Assembly (NCBI GenBank): GCA_964608765.1
Contig: CAZSPD010000001.1
Location: 70,912 to 134,911, forward strand
DNA from: Candidatus Woesearchaeota archaeon
Lineage (GTDB): Archaea > Nanobdellota > Nanobdellia > Pacearchaeales > GW2011-AR1
Direction: 5' to 3'
Length of the DNA: 64,000 nucleotides
The notes beneath the pieces are model-generated. The model was not told the origin of the DNA, searched no databases, and saw nothing but the letters and a program-made list of their open reading frames with translations. Position 1 is the first letter of the stretch. Every line of letters begins with the position of its first letter. The translations under genes were made by a program, and so were the position numbers. This document shows, in pieces, positions 16,814-26,530 of the stretch.

Positions 16814-18751
16814 AGAAGGAACATCCTCAAAGAAGTTTAATACTCTTAAATCTGGACTCATTAAAGTTACATTGTCTTCTTCAAATCTAACTCCTCTGTA
16901 TATTTTTTGAAGGATTTCTCTTCTAGCTTTGTCTTTATAAAAAACCCAGTATTTTTGAGGGTTAGTTTTATTTAATATTTTCCAAAATGCATCTTGGATA
17001 TTTGGATTTGGAAATTTGGTAAATATTATTGTGTTGCATTCTTCTCCTGGAAAATCAACTCCTCTAGAACACTTTGTAGAGAATAAAACATTCATTTTTC
17101 CATCTTTAAATTTTTTTATCATTGTACCTTCTTTATCTTTATTTTGAAGTTCAATTAAATCTTCGCGGGTGATAGTATGTCTTAAGTCAAATTTTTCCCT
17201 TTCAAATCTATCAGGTAAATCGCTAAAACTATTTACGTGGATTAGCGCAGGTTTTTTTGCAACACCAATACATTTGTCTAATGCTAAAAGATATTTTTTC
17301 CTCTCAGCTTTTCCAGAAGAAAAATTAGAGTATCTACAATCCATCTCTTCCCCTGTTTTAAGAATATTTATTTTCCCAGGATTTTTAGTTTCAGCTTCAA
17401 TAACTTTAAATTTATTAATACCAAAAATTTCAGACAACACATCTTCAGAATGAAGCGTACCTGACATAAGAACTAGGACTTTATTTTTATTAACCATCTC
17501 TTTGAATTTTTTAGCAAGATTTATTGTAACAACATTTGCAATAAGATTATCTTCTCTTTTATCAAATAACACATAAGACTCATTTAAAAATTCTTCAAAC
17601 ATCTTTACTGTTCCTGCAACGTCGTGGACATAACTTTCTTCGTCTATATTTTCAGTAAATTCTGAATTACTAATAAAAATTTTAAATAAGTCATATAGTC
17701 CTGTTTTTTTTAACTCAATTATTTCATTATTTCTTATAAGTTCATTTACTTTTTTATTTACTTTTAAATGATTGATTATTTCTTTAATCTCTTTTATTAC
17801 CTGAAAGTGTTCTTCTTCACTAACCTTTGCATGAATTAGAGAATTTTGTAATCTGTCAATATTGATACTTCTTTGATTTGAAAAACTGTCTAAAAATTCA
17901 TCACACTCGTCGATTATTTCAACTTCAGTAAAAGGCTTTCTATTAAGTGCACTTTCTAGTTTATACTTCAGAGAATTAAATACAATTATATCTGAATCAA
18001 TGTAAGAATTAAATTGTTCATAAAAACTACATCCAGGTTTCCTTTTATAAAAGTAGAAATTTTTTCCTTTTAACCCAGGGTACTTTATTTTTTCTTTTTC
18101 ATCAAGATTTTTTACATCATATTCTTCAGGGACTACTGGGCTCCAATACGGGCACACAGGAGCTATTGACATTCTCTTTATATCAGATACTTTTTCAAAA
18201 TTTTTAGGATTTATTTTTTTATTTTGGTTTAAATATTCTCTTAATCTTCCTATATTTTTCTCCTTTATTTCTATTTTACAAGGTATATTTTTATTGTCTG
18301 CAGATATGTCTTTTGAAATTAATTCTTGTATCTTTTCTCTTTTCCCTTCAAAGATATCATTTAGTTTTGAGTTTACTTCTTTTTTTGATTCGGGGATTGC
18401 ATTTTTATTATCTTCTAAAAATTTGCATTTATGATTATTTCTTCCAGTTATTACAGAAATTTTTAATTTCTTTTTTTTATTATCTAAAATATACTTATTT
18501 TCTTCATAATCTCTTTTGTATTGTTGTTGTAAAGCTTTACTTGGGACAACAATTGATGTTTTTCCTAACTTTCTTGCCACATTTAATGCAATAGCACTCT
18601 TACCTGTACCACACTTACCATGAATAAAGATTATTCTATTTCCTTCTTTTACTGATTTAATGACTTCTTCAACAACATCTTTTTGAGTTTTCCCATTTGA
18701 AAACTTTAAAGGTTCAAGAAATTTGTTTTTTTCATATAAACTCCATGTCAT
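16808..18751 (-). CDS. SF2 helicase, Rad3/XPD/DinG-like
   Basis: Walker A HGKCGTGKS, motif II IIDECDEF, LMSGTLHS, and C-terminal FSTKCSRGVDFPGEECNTIIFTKFPNP. Four Cys lie in the insert between motifs I and II, a possible Fe-S domain. Confidence 0.65.
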   Translation of the reverse strand: MTWSLYEKNKFLEPLKFSNGKTQKDVVEEVIKSVKEGNRIIFIHGKCGTGKSAIALNVARKLGKTSIVVPSKALQQQYKRDYEENKYILDNKKKKLKISVITGRNNHKCKFLEDNKNAIPESKKEVNSKLNDIFEGKREKIQELISKDISADNKNIPCKIEIKEKNIGRLREYLNQNKKINPKNFEKVSDIKRMSIAPVCPYWSPVVPEEYDVKNLDEKEKIKYPGLKGKNFYFYKRKPGCSFYEQFNSYIDSDIIVFNSLKYKLESALNRKPFTEVEIIDECDEFLDSFSNQRSINIDRLQNSLIHAKVSEEEHFQVIKEIKEIINHLKVNKKVNELIRNNEIIELKKTGLYDLFKIFISNSEFTENIDEESYVHDVAGTVKMFEEFLNESYVLFDKREDNLIANVVTINLAKKFKEMVNKNKVLVLMSGTLHSEDVLSEIFGINKFKVIEAETKNPGKINILKTGEEMDCRYSNFSSGKAERKKYLLALDKCIGVAKKPALIHVNSFSDLPDRFEREKFDLRHTITREDLIELQNKDKEGTMIKKFKDGKMNVLFSTKCSRGVDFPGEECNTIIFTKFPNPNIQDAFWKILNKTNPQKYWVFYKDKARREILQKIYRGVRFEEDNVTLMSPDLRVLNFFEDVPSL

Positions 18752-18812
18752 AGGTTATAAAAAATTCAAATAGTATTATAAAATTTGCTATTATAATGGG
18801 ATTATAATGCAA

Positions 18813-19817
18813 TTATAATTCACTTTCTTTTATTTTAAGTTCGCTTTTGTTTTTACAGAGGACATATGCCCTTGAAAATTTATGTTCTCCTAAAAGTTTG
18901 TACTCTGTGTCTTTAAGTTCTTCTAATAAAACACCTATAAATGCTTTCATTTCTTTTTCACTAGGCATTCTTTCATATCCTAGCCTAGCTCTAGAGCTTC
19001 CTACTGCCATATAGCTTTTTAGTTCTATAAATTGGGGCTGAGATTTTTTGATTAATAGAGAATACTCTTTAACTTGCTCTGGAAACATATTTAGGTTTTT
19101 AACCAAATTCATTCTAAAGACTGTTCTTGTTTTCCCCTTTAATCTTGGAAGAAGTTCTAAAGTTTCATTTAATTTTTCCCACGCATCTTTTTTTATGCTT
19201 CTATGAAATCTAATGTACTCTTTTTTATTTGGAGTATTAATTGAAACATATAACTGAGTTGGTAACTGATTTTTTTTAAGTAATTCTTTAATTTTTTCAG
19301 GATATAACCCATTTGTTACAAGGAATGAAGTTTTCTTCCTTTTTCTTAATTCATTTATCAATTCCCCAATATAGGGGTAATTTGTGGGCTCTCCTGAGAG
19401 AGATATTGCAAACTGGGTAGGTTCTTGAGCCTCTCTGTATTTTTTTTGATTTGCTTTACTAAGTTGTTTTTTAGGTGATTTAGGATCTATTTTAAATCCT
19501 TGAAGAAGTTTTCTCTGAGCATTTATACATGAATCAATTATCTCAGAAGGAGAGTCTATTTCTCCAGGTATTTCATTTCCTGTAGTGTACTCAATTGCCC
19601 TCCAACAATGTACACATCTATTGGGGCAGTAAAGAGAAGGGGTCATTTGACAACATAAATGAGAGTTTATCCCATAGAATTTTTCCTTATAGCACACACC
19701 CTCGTCACGCAAAGATTTTTTTGTCCATCTACAAATTTGAACAGCAGAGTGTTCATTTTTTCCAGCTATCTCATAATGTTGCTTCTTTAATATTTTTTTT
19801 ACATTTCTGTCAAGCAT
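18813..19817 (-). CDS. taw1: tRNA 4-demethylwyosine synthase Taw1/TYW1 (radical SAM)
   Basis: KKQHYEIAGKNEHSAVQICRWTKKSLRDEGVCYKEKFYGINSHLCCQMTPSLYCPNRCVHCWR. Carries the Taw1-specific N-terminal Cys region plus the CxxxCxxC radical SAM motif. Confidence 0.85.
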   Translation of the reverse strand: MLDRNVKKILKKQHYEIAGKNEHSAVQICRWTKKSLRDEGVCYKEKFYGINSHLCCQMTPSLYCPNRCVHCWRAIEYTTGNEIPGEIDSPSEIIDSCINAQRKLLQGFKIDPKSPKKQLSKANQKKYREAQEPTQFAISLSGEPTNYPYIGELINELRKRKKTSFLVTNGLYPEKIKELLKKNQLPTQLYVSINTPNKKEYIRFHRSIKKDAWEKLNETLELLPRLKGKTRTVFRMNLVKNLNMFPEQVKEYSLLIKKSQPQFIELKSYMAVGSSRARLGYERMPSEKEMKAFIGVLLEELKDTEYKLLGEHKFSRAYVLCKNKSELKIKESEL

Positions 19818-19887
19818 ATTTTATTCAGATTTCTTACATTTAAAAATTTAGTCACTTCTTTTTTATTTGCTTATTTTCTTACTTATC

Positions 19888-21321
19888 TTATCCTATAAAG
19901 AAACTTAATCCCCAAAATATCATTAACAGTAAAAATAAGAAAAGCAAGAATGTAGTAGATATCTTAAACCATACTTCAGCTCTTTTCTTATTCTTAGTAA
20001 TACTTAATATTGTGAGATAAAAGAATTTACCCCCATCAAATATGCCCATAGGAAGCATATTCATTAAAGCCACACTAATACTTATTAGAACTAACCACCA
20101 TAATAAATTGTATATGAATGTTGCACTTTCAAATTTAGGTTCATAATGTATATGTGCTTTTTTAAAAGAAGACATCCAAGTAATTATTTTTCCTATAACT
20201 CCTTTTCTTTGACTTTCCATATATCCTATTCCAATCCAAGCTTTTCCAGGATTTTCAGGATTCTCCATTAAAGTAATTTCATATTCTTTTATTTCCTTAT
20301 CTACTTTTGTTTTGATTATTACCTTGTCTCCAGGAGAGTATTTAGATAATTCTTCACCTAATTTTTCCCAATCTTTGATTAAGATGCCATCTATTTCTGT
20401 TATTGTTCCTTCTATACTTGCAAGGAAAGCAGGAGAATAATCATATAGTATTAGATAGTGTTTAGACTCCTTTTGCGTTTCTAGTTCTTTCTTATTTGTG
20501 AGATAGGTTTTATTTTGAGTTCTAATCTCACTTATTCCTTCATCATCTATCATAGAAAATATTTTTTCATAGTCTGGATTATCAATTGAGATATTATTCA
20601 CTGATATTATTCCAGGCATTGCAACTATGGAATATGAATAAGTGTTGAATTCCACTCCAGCAGGTGCAAATGCTAAACTAAAAAATAAAAACATTACAAT
20701 AAAAAATAATATTGAAGTAATAAGATTTGCAAATGTCCCTGCTGCTAAGACAGCCATTTGATGGAAATTTTTACTCTTATTCATGCTTTTTTCATCTTGT
20801 TCAACAAAAGCAGCTAAAAATACTGGAAAGAAAAATGGGAAAAATCCAAATCCTGTAGATTTTATTTTAATATTATATCTCCTCATGAATATTCCATGAG
20901 CAAATTCATGAGTTATTGCAACAATTGCTAATATTACTATCCAATAAGTAAAATAAAAAGGAGGCAAGAAATCTAATTTAAATGCTTGAGGCAAATAAGG
21001 AACTAACGGGGTTATTGGAGGAATTTTTATTGCCTTGACAATTGAAGGATATGCAACATAAATATACACTATTTTTCCCAATAAATATATCATAGAACCC
21101 ATCAGAATATATCCTATTCCTATTACAATATAACTTAGAACACTTAGAGTTTTTTTGTATTTCTTTCCAACATTGTTTATAACTTTCATCCCCCATTTTG
21201 TTTTATATAATAAAAGTAATCCTTCTTTCTTCAGATTTTTTCTCTTTACATAAAGAAAAATAGATATAGCAATAACAAAGATTGCAAACAATGTAAGGTC
21301 AATAGCAGTAAAACGATTCAT
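19888..21321 (-). CDS. site-2 protease family (M50) membrane metalloprotease with PDZ-like insert
   Basis: HEFAHG (HExxH) in a TM segment and NMLPMGIFDGG (the NxxPxxxxDG motif). Multi-TM. Confidence 0.85.
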   Translation of the reverse strand: MNRFTAIDLTLFAIFVIAISIFLYVKRKNLKKEGLLLLYKTKWGMKVINNVGKKYKKTLSVLSYIVIGIGYILMGSMIYLLGKIVYIYVAYPSIVKAIKIPPITPLVPYLPQAFKLDFLPPFYFTYWIVILAIVAITHEFAHGIFMRRYNIKIKSTGFGFFPFFFPVFLAAFVEQDEKSMNKSKNFHQMAVLAAGTFANLITSILFFIVMFLFFSLAFAPAGVEFNTYSYSIVAMPGIISVNNISIDNPDYEKIFSMIDDEGISEIRTQNKTYLTNKKELETQKESKHYLILYDYSPAFLASIEGTITEIDGILIKDWEKLGEELSKYSPGDKVIIKTKVDKEIKEYEITLMENPENPGKAWIGIGYMESQRKGVIGKIITWMSSFKKAHIHYEPKFESATFIYNLLWWLVLISISVALMNMLPMGIFDGGKFFYLTILSITKNKKRAEVWFKISTTFLLFLFLLLMIFWGLSFFIG

Positions 21322-21371
21322 CTTTTCCTCTTTGCTTAAAGTAAAATTGAGTTTAAAAGTGTAATGGTGTC

Positions 21372-21536
21372 TTACTTGCTCTTCTTTATAGCTCTAAAAG
21401 CAACTTTGCCACATTTTCTGCACCTTACTTTTCCTTTAAGAACTTTCTGAATATCTGCCCTCATCCTAGATTTGCAATTTTTACAAATAAATACATTCTT
21501 GAATAATCTGTTTTGTGCTTCTGGTATTTTTGCCAT
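21372..21536 (-). CDS. rpl40e: 50S ribosomal protein eL40 (not in ORF track, 54 aa)
   Basis: Hand translation gives MAKIPEAQNRLFKNVFICKNCKSRMRADIQKVLKGKVRCRKCGKVAFRAIKKSK. This has the CxxC...CxxC zinc ribbon and the eL40 N-terminal pattern. Confidence 0.8.
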   Translation of the reverse strand: MAKIPEAQNRLFKNVFICKNCKSRMRADIQKVLKGKVRCRKCGKVAFRAIKKSK

Positions 21537-21580
21537 GATAAATTATTGAAAAATTAGTTTTTAAAGGTTTTTAATTAATT

Positions 21581-21645
21581 GGCTTGTTTAATAAGTCAAT
21601 AAATCATCATATTTTTTAAACAAGAACTACTTATTAAACAAAGCC
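21581..21645. repeat. inverted repeat GGCTTGTTTAATAAGT / ACTTATTAAACAAAGCC (16/17 nt arms, one bulged A, 32-nt spacer)
   Basis: Read directly from the sequence. Lies in the divergent intergenic region between rpl40e and the NYN gene. Confidence 0.8.
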
Positions 21646-21752
21646 TAGACTATCAAAACACTTTTAAACTACACACGATTGATATTGTTAACATGATCCC
21701 CAGTGATCCTACGGGGTCGCTGGATGATTTTTAGTTAGATTTTAAAGATTGA

Positions 21753-22346
21753 TTGTTGCTAAGATATATTGAAAAGGCAATTGTTTTTATAGATGCGGGA
21801 TTTTTATCAAAAGTCAGTTATGAACTTGGCGAAGGACATTATTTTAAATATGATTTAATAAAATTCTCAAAACTTTTATCAGGCAAAATAGAATTAATTT
21901 TCAAACATTTATTTTTTTATAATGCTCCTCCTTTTCAATCTTCAATCCCTTCTGAAGAGGAAAAAAGAAGAAAAACAGATTATGATGAATTTAATGTAAA
22001 ATTGGGCAGGGATAAAGAAGCAACAATCAGAGAGGGGCGATGTCAAAGACTTAAAATTGATGGGAATTATAGGTTTAAACAGAAAGGTGTAGATACTCTG
22101 CTCACAATGGATTTAATGAAACTCCCGGTTGAAGAGCCAAAAATAAAAAACATTATTCTAATTGCTTCAGATTCAGATTTTGTTCCGGTAATCGAACATC
22201 TCAAAAAGTTAGGAATTAATGTTTTTCTTTATACTTATTTTGAAAGAGATAGGAAATCAAAATTCTCAACTTCAAATAAATTGCTTTCAGCAGCTACAAG
22301 GTATTTCAAATTAACTAAAGAAGATTTTCAAAACTGTAAAAAATAA
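21753..22346 (+). CDS. NYN-domain (LabA/DUF88-like, PIN-fold) putative RNase
   Basis: IVFIDAGFL...KGVDTLLTMDLMKL...ILIASDSDFVPVIEHLKKLGINVFLY is the NYN pattern. There is no upstream ATG, so a TTG start is likely. Confidence 0.7.
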   Translation: MLLRYIEKAIVFIDAGFLSKVSYELGEGHYFKYDLIKFSKLLSGKIELIFKHLFFYNAPPFQSSIPSEEEKRRKTDYDEFNVKLGRDKEATIREGRCQRLKIDGNYRFKQKGVDTLLTMDLMKLPVEEPKIKNIILIASDSDFVPVIEHLKKLGINVFLYTYFERDRKSKFSTSNKLLSAATRYFKLTKEDFQNCKK

Positions 22347-22465
22347 AATTAAGAAAGAGTATTCTGAAAAGCGCGTTTGAAAGGAAGTATGTTAAGGAAT
22401 TCTATCAATTTTACATCTAATAGAAACTTTTTTAATTAAACTAAAAGAGATTTGTCAGATTATAA

Positions 22466-22858
22466 TTATAGTTTTCTTTTTATAAATCTCTCACCCTCTA
22501 CATCCCAGTATTCACAATTTCCATTTTCTTCAAGTTCTTCAAACACAACTGAGTCTGGACAAGCAACTTCAAGTGTCTCAAAATTTTCTAAATCCATTAC
22601 ACTTGCTTTCCCATCTTCTTTTGATAGGACTTGAGCTTTTCTTTTTTCCACATTTGGGACTTCAAGTCTTTCGTGCCCTGGAACAACAAAAACTTTCTTT
22701 GTTCCTGTTATTATTCCAACAGCTTCTATCCTGCATTTAGAATGCCCATGTTTCCCTGTTTTTGATACATCCATGCTTCTTATTGTGCAAGGCATACCAT
22801 CTACAAGAATATTTGTTCCCACCTTAGCTTCAGTAGCGTCTATAATTTTTAACACCAT
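22466..22858 (-). CDS. eif5a: translation initiation factor 5A (aIF5A)
   Basis: SKTGKHGHSKCRIEAVGI is the hypusine-loop motif. 130 aa. Confidence 0.92.
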   Translation of the reverse strand: MVLKIIDATEAKVGTNILVDGMPCTIRSMDVSKTGKHGHSKCRIEAVGIITGTKKVFVVPGHERLEVPNVEKRKAQVLSKEDGKASVMDLENFETLEVACPDSVVFEELEENGNCEYWDVEGERFIKRKL

Positions 22859-22899
22859 AAACTAAACAAAAAAAATACATTTATAAACGTTTTTACTCA

Positions 22900-23682
22900 A
22901 TGAATTCTATGGCGTTCCAGAAAAATGATTTTCTAGAAATTGAATTTACAGGAAGAGTAAAGGATGGAGGGGTGTTTGATTCAAATGTGCAAGAAGAATT
23001 AAGTAAATTAAATCCTAATCAAGAAGCAAAACCATTTATTTTTCCACTTGGACAAGATATGTTTCTTAAGGGAGTTGAAAATTTTTTAATTGGAAAAGAA
23101 ATTGGAAGTTATGAAATTGAACTTTCTCCAAAAGATGCATTTGGGTTTAGAGACCCTTCGCTTGTACAAATGATTCCACTCCAAGTTTTTTTAGACCACA
23201 AGATAAATCCAATACCTGGAACAGTTTTAAATTTTGATGGAAGGTTTGGGAAAGTTCTAACAGTTTCAGGAGGAAGAGTAATGATTGATTTTAATGGGCC
23301 TCTTGCAGGTAAAGAAGTTATATACGCTGTGAATGTATTAAGGAAAGTAGAAAGTATAGATGAAAAAACTAAATCTTTGATTGATTTTATATTTAGAAGA
23401 GATTTTGAATATGAAATTCAAGATACTAAATTAATTTTAAAAGCAGATAAAGGATTTAAAGAATATGCAGATTTATTTAAGGATAAATTCAAAGAGATGC
23501 TTAATTTAGATTTAGAAATTCAAGAAATTGAAAAAAAAGTTGAAAAAAAAGTTGAAGAAATACTTGAAACTTCTGAAGTTGGGGAAATACCTGAATCTCC
23601 AGAATCACCAGAATCTCCTGAAGTACCAGAGACCCTTGAAACTCAAGAAACTCTAGAAATCCAAGAAAACCCAGAGGAATAA
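22900..23682 (+). CDS. long-type FKBP peptidyl-prolyl cis-trans isomerase with acidic repeat tail
   Basis: DFLEIEFTGRVKDGGVFDSN...GFRDPSLV...DFNGPLAGKEV are the FKBP/IF-domain motifs. The C-terminus is PESPESPESPEVPETLETQETLEIQENPEE. Alternative start at ATG 22909 (MAFQKNDF) fits the TATA spacing better. Confidence 0.85.
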   Translation: MNSMAFQKNDFLEIEFTGRVKDGGVFDSNVQEELSKLNPNQEAKPFIFPLGQDMFLKGVENFLIGKEIGSYEIELSPKDAFGFRDPSLVQMIPLQVFLDHKINPIPGTVLNFDGRFGKVLTVSGGRVMIDFNGPLAGKEVIYAVNVLRKVESIDEKTKSLIDFIFRRDFEYEIQDTKLILKADKGFKEYADLFKDKFKEMLNLDLEIQEIEKKVEKKVEEILETSEVGEIPESPESPESPEVPETLETQETLEIQENPEE

Positions 23683-23751
23683 ATATAATTTAATTACTTT
23701 TAAGTTACATCAAATAATAATACTTAAATACTCTATTAGTTATATAATTTT

Positions 23752-24282
23752 ATGAAGCAATTAAAAAACTTAGAAGATATAAAGGCAATAGTAATTCCTA
23801 CTTGCGATATTTTTGATTCTGAAAATACAGAAGATTTTAACAGAGCAAAGACAGCAATCAAATTTGTAAATAAAAATAATCTTCCTAAAAAGTGCATAAT
23901 TGCAGGTTTTGGAAATCCAATATGTAGCCCTCAAATTCTTTCTAGCAGTTTAAAAAACCATAAACCTCTTTATAATTACTTAAAAGAAAAAACTGATTGG
24001 ATAATTGGAATTGAGACTAATTCAAGTAATTCAATTGAAAATTTACTTTATACTTTCCCAAAAGAGATTAAAGGAAAGTATGCAATTGTTTCTTTTCCAT
24101 TACACCTTAAAAGATTTAATAGAATTTTGAATGATGCAAAAAAGTCAGGGGTAATATCTGAGGAATTAGATTTAGTTTATGTTCCAACAAAACAAAATCC
24201 TAAATGGATAGTTTATGAAACACTATCTACTTTAAAGTACTTCCTTGTAGGAAAAAACAAATATTTTAGTAATTCTATTTAA
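23752..24282 (+). CDS. DUF218/YdcF-like protein
   Basis: ETNSSNSIENLLY and IVSFPLHLKRF resemble the DUF218 motifs (E..s.nT.eN ... H..R). Weak call. Confidence 0.45.
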   Translation: MKQLKNLEDIKAIVIPTCDIFDSENTEDFNRAKTAIKFVNKNNLPKKCIIAGFGNPICSPQILSSSLKNHKPLYNYLKEKTDWIIGIETNSSNSIENLLYTFPKEIKGKYAIVSFPLHLKRFNRILNDAKKSGVISEELDLVYVPTKQNPKWIVYETLSTLKYFLVGKNKYFSNSI

Positions 24283-24388
24283 TTTACCTCCATTTACTCT
24301 TATTCAGCCTTAATCAGTCTTTTAATGTGTTTTCTAACTTATTCAAATAACAATAATGCTTAAAAACTAAAATAACTTTTCTATAAAC

Positions 24389-25492
24389 ATGGTGAATTCA
24401 TATGAAGAAGGAGATTCTATAGATATTCTCTCTTCAAATATCTCAGAAATAGATAAAGAACTCGAAGAGCTTCTTAAAAAACAATCTGCTAAAATTAAAA
24501 TAATGGGTATTGGAGGAGGAGGAAACAATTCCTTAAGTAGAATGAGAGAAATTGGAATAAAAGGAGGAGAATTAATTGCAATAAATACTGATGCTCAAGA
24601 TTTACTTTATGCTAATGCAGATCAAAAAATACTAATTGGTAAAGAATTAACTCAAGGACTAGGTGCTGGGAGTAATCCTCAAGTAGGGCAAGAAGCTGCT
24701 AAAGAATCTGAATCTGAAATAAAAAAGAAGATTACAGGAAGTGATATGATATTTATTACGTGTGGGTTAGGAGGAGGAACAGGAACAGGTGCTGCTCCTG
24801 TAGTTGCAGGAATAGCAAAAAAACAAGGTGCACTCACAATTGCTGTAGTCACTCTTCCTTTTACAATCGAAGGTAAAAAAAGAATTGAAAATGCAATGAA
24901 TGGTTTAGAAAAATTAGAAGCATTAGTAGATACACTAATTGTAATACCAAATGACAAGCTCTTAGAACTTGCTCCTGATTTACCTCTTCAAACTGCATTT
25001 AAAATAGCAGATGAGGTTTTAACAAATGCTGTTAAAGGAGTTACTGAATTAGTTACTAAAACAGGATTAGTTAATTTAGATTTTGCAGATGTTAAAGCAG
25101 TAATGGTTAATGGAGGTGTTTCATTAATTGGGATGGGAGAAGCAGACAGCCAAAATAGAGCTATTGAAGCTGTTGAAAAAGCAATTAATAATCCATTATT
25201 AGATGTAGATATTTCAAATGCTACAGGAGCATTAGTGAATGTTATTGGAGGTTCAACTATGAGTTTAGATGAATACAAAACAATTATAGGCGAAGTAGGA
25301 GATAAATTAAGCCCAGATGCAAAACTTATTGGCGGTGCTCAAATTGCAGATGATATGGATAAATCAATAAGAGTATTATTAATTGTTACAGGAGTAAAAT
25401 CTTCTCAGATTTTAGGAGGAGGAGAGTCTCTTGATAATATAAGGAGAAGGGAGATTGAAGAAGAATTAGGAATAGATTTCTTTGAAAACTAA
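24389..25492 (+). CDS. ftsZ: cell division GTPase FtsZ
   Basis: GIGGGGNN and the tubulin signature GLGGGTGTGAAPVVA. Length 367 aa. Confidence 0.95.
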   Translation: MVNSYEEGDSIDILSSNISEIDKELEELLKKQSAKIKIMGIGGGGNNSLSRMREIGIKGGELIAINTDAQDLLYANADQKILIGKELTQGLGAGSNPQVGQEAAKESESEIKKKITGSDMIFITCGLGGGTGTGAAPVVAGIAKKQGALTIAVVTLPFTIEGKKRIENAMNGLEKLEALVDTLIVIPNDKLLELAPDLPLQTAFKIADEVLTNAVKGVTELVTKTGLVNLDFADVKAVMVNGGVSLIGMGEADSQNRAIEAVEKAINNPLLDVDISNATGALVNVIGGSTMSLDEYKTIIGEVGDKLSPDAKLIGGAQIADDMDKSIRVLLIVTGVKSSQILGGGESLDNIRRREIEEELGIDFFEN

Positions 25493-25730
25493 AATGTCAA
25501 TAAGTATGAATGTGACTAGAATGATTTTAAATGAGAAAATTGAAGAAGGAAAAAGTTTTTCATTAGAGGAAATTATGAATGAAATAACTATTCAAGGAGG
25601 TTCGAAAAATATTTATGAGGGAGTAAGTGTTGAGTCTTATATTTTAAATCTTAAAAAAAAGGGGATATTAAGATATAATCTTTTAGAAAATACTTACATT
25701 ATTAACCCTGATTTAAAAGATATTAATTGA
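25482..25730 (+). CDS. hypothetical small protein
   Basis: 82-aa ORF overlapping the ftsZ stop by 11 nt. No motif recognised. Confidence 0.35.
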   Translation: MKTKMSISMNVTRMILNEKIEEGKSFSLEEIMNEITIQGGSKNIYEGVSVESYILNLKKKGILRYNLLENTYIINPDLKDIN

Positions 25731-25764
25731 ATAATTTTAAAAACCCCTTAAATATTCTAATAAT

Positions 25765-25944
25765 ATGTTAGAGAAAACAAAATCATTTTTATTAAAGTGT
25801 AAGAGAGTATGGCAAGTCCTAAAAAAACCAACTAAAAAAGAATTTCAATTAACTGCAAAAGTTTCAGCAATTGGAATAGCAATCTTAGGTTTATTTGGAT
25901 TTATTGTTTCTATTTTAATGGGGTTTATTAATTGGAAAGCTTAA
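25765..25944 (+). CDS. secE: protein translocase subunit SecE/Sec61-gamma (not in ORF track, 59 aa)
   Basis: Hand translation gives MLEKTKSFLLKCKRVWQVLKKPTKKEFQLTAKVSAIGIAILGLFGFIVSILMGFINWKA. Has the KPxxxEF motif plus a single C-terminal TM. Sits in the canonical position upstream of spt5-rpl11. Confidence 0.8.
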   Translation: MLEKTKSFLLKCKRVWQVLKKPTKKEFQLTAKVSAIGIAILGLFGFIVSILMGFINWKA

Positions 25945-26074
25945 TGAGTTTATTCTTTCTTTTTTGTATTTTAATTAACCAAACTTTTATAAACACATAA
26001 TTTATAAATTAATATCTGCTTCTTAGATTTTAAGGAGTAGTTAGCGCAAAATAAGCAAAACATTTTGAAATAAA

Positions 26075-26530
26075 ATGATTTTTATAATAAAAGTAACAAC
26101 AAATAAAGAAGATAGAGCAGTAGATATGATTTCTGACAGAGCAAGAAAAAAAGAACTTAGTGTGTATTCTGTTTTAAGACCTCACGGATTAAGAGGGTAT
26201 ATTTTCCTTGAATCAGAAGATAGAGATAGTGCAGAAGAAGCTGTTTTTAATTTACCTTATGTTAAAGGAATAATAGGAAAAACAATAGAATATTCTGAGA
26301 TTCAAGGTATGGTTCAACCAACAATGGAAAGTGTTTCTATAAAAGAAGGAGATGTTGTTGAAATGATTGGTTCAACTCTTAAAGGAGAAAAGGCGAAAGT
26401 TTTAAGAATAGACAAACAAAAAGAAGAAGTTGTTGTCAGTTTATTTGGAGCAGTTGTTCCATTACCTGTAACAGTTAAAATAGATAATGTTAAAGTTATT
26501 AGACGTGAGGATTTAGAAAATGATAATTAA
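26075..26530 (+). CDS. spt5: transcription elongation factor Spt5 (NusG)
   Basis: NGN domain (IFIIKVTTNKEDRAVDMI...LRGYIFLESED) and KOW (GDVVEMIGSTLKGEKAKVLRID). Confidence 0.9.
   Translation: MIFIIKVTTNKEDRAVDMISDRARKKELSVYSVLRPHGLRGYIFLESEDRDSAEEAVFNLPYVKGIIGKTIEYSEIQGMVQPTMESVSIKEGDVVEMIGSTLKGEKAKVLRIDKQKEEVVVSLFGAVVPLPVTVKIDNVKVIRREDLENDN

Noticed and set aside
21691-21735. Possible C/D-box sRNA in the GC-rich patch upstream of the NYN gene
   Set aside because: The sequences ATGATCC and GGATGATT only loosely resemble a C box (RUGAUGA). No proper CUGA D box is positioned at the 3' end. It is kept only as an unexplained hairpin.
23521-23682. Tandem codon repeats in the FKBP tail (EKKVEKKVEE; PESPESPESPEVPETLETQETLEIQENPEE)
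   Set aside because: Simple in-frame low-complexity expansion inside a normal gene. No evidence of a separate element. Mentioned only as a slippage-prone tract.
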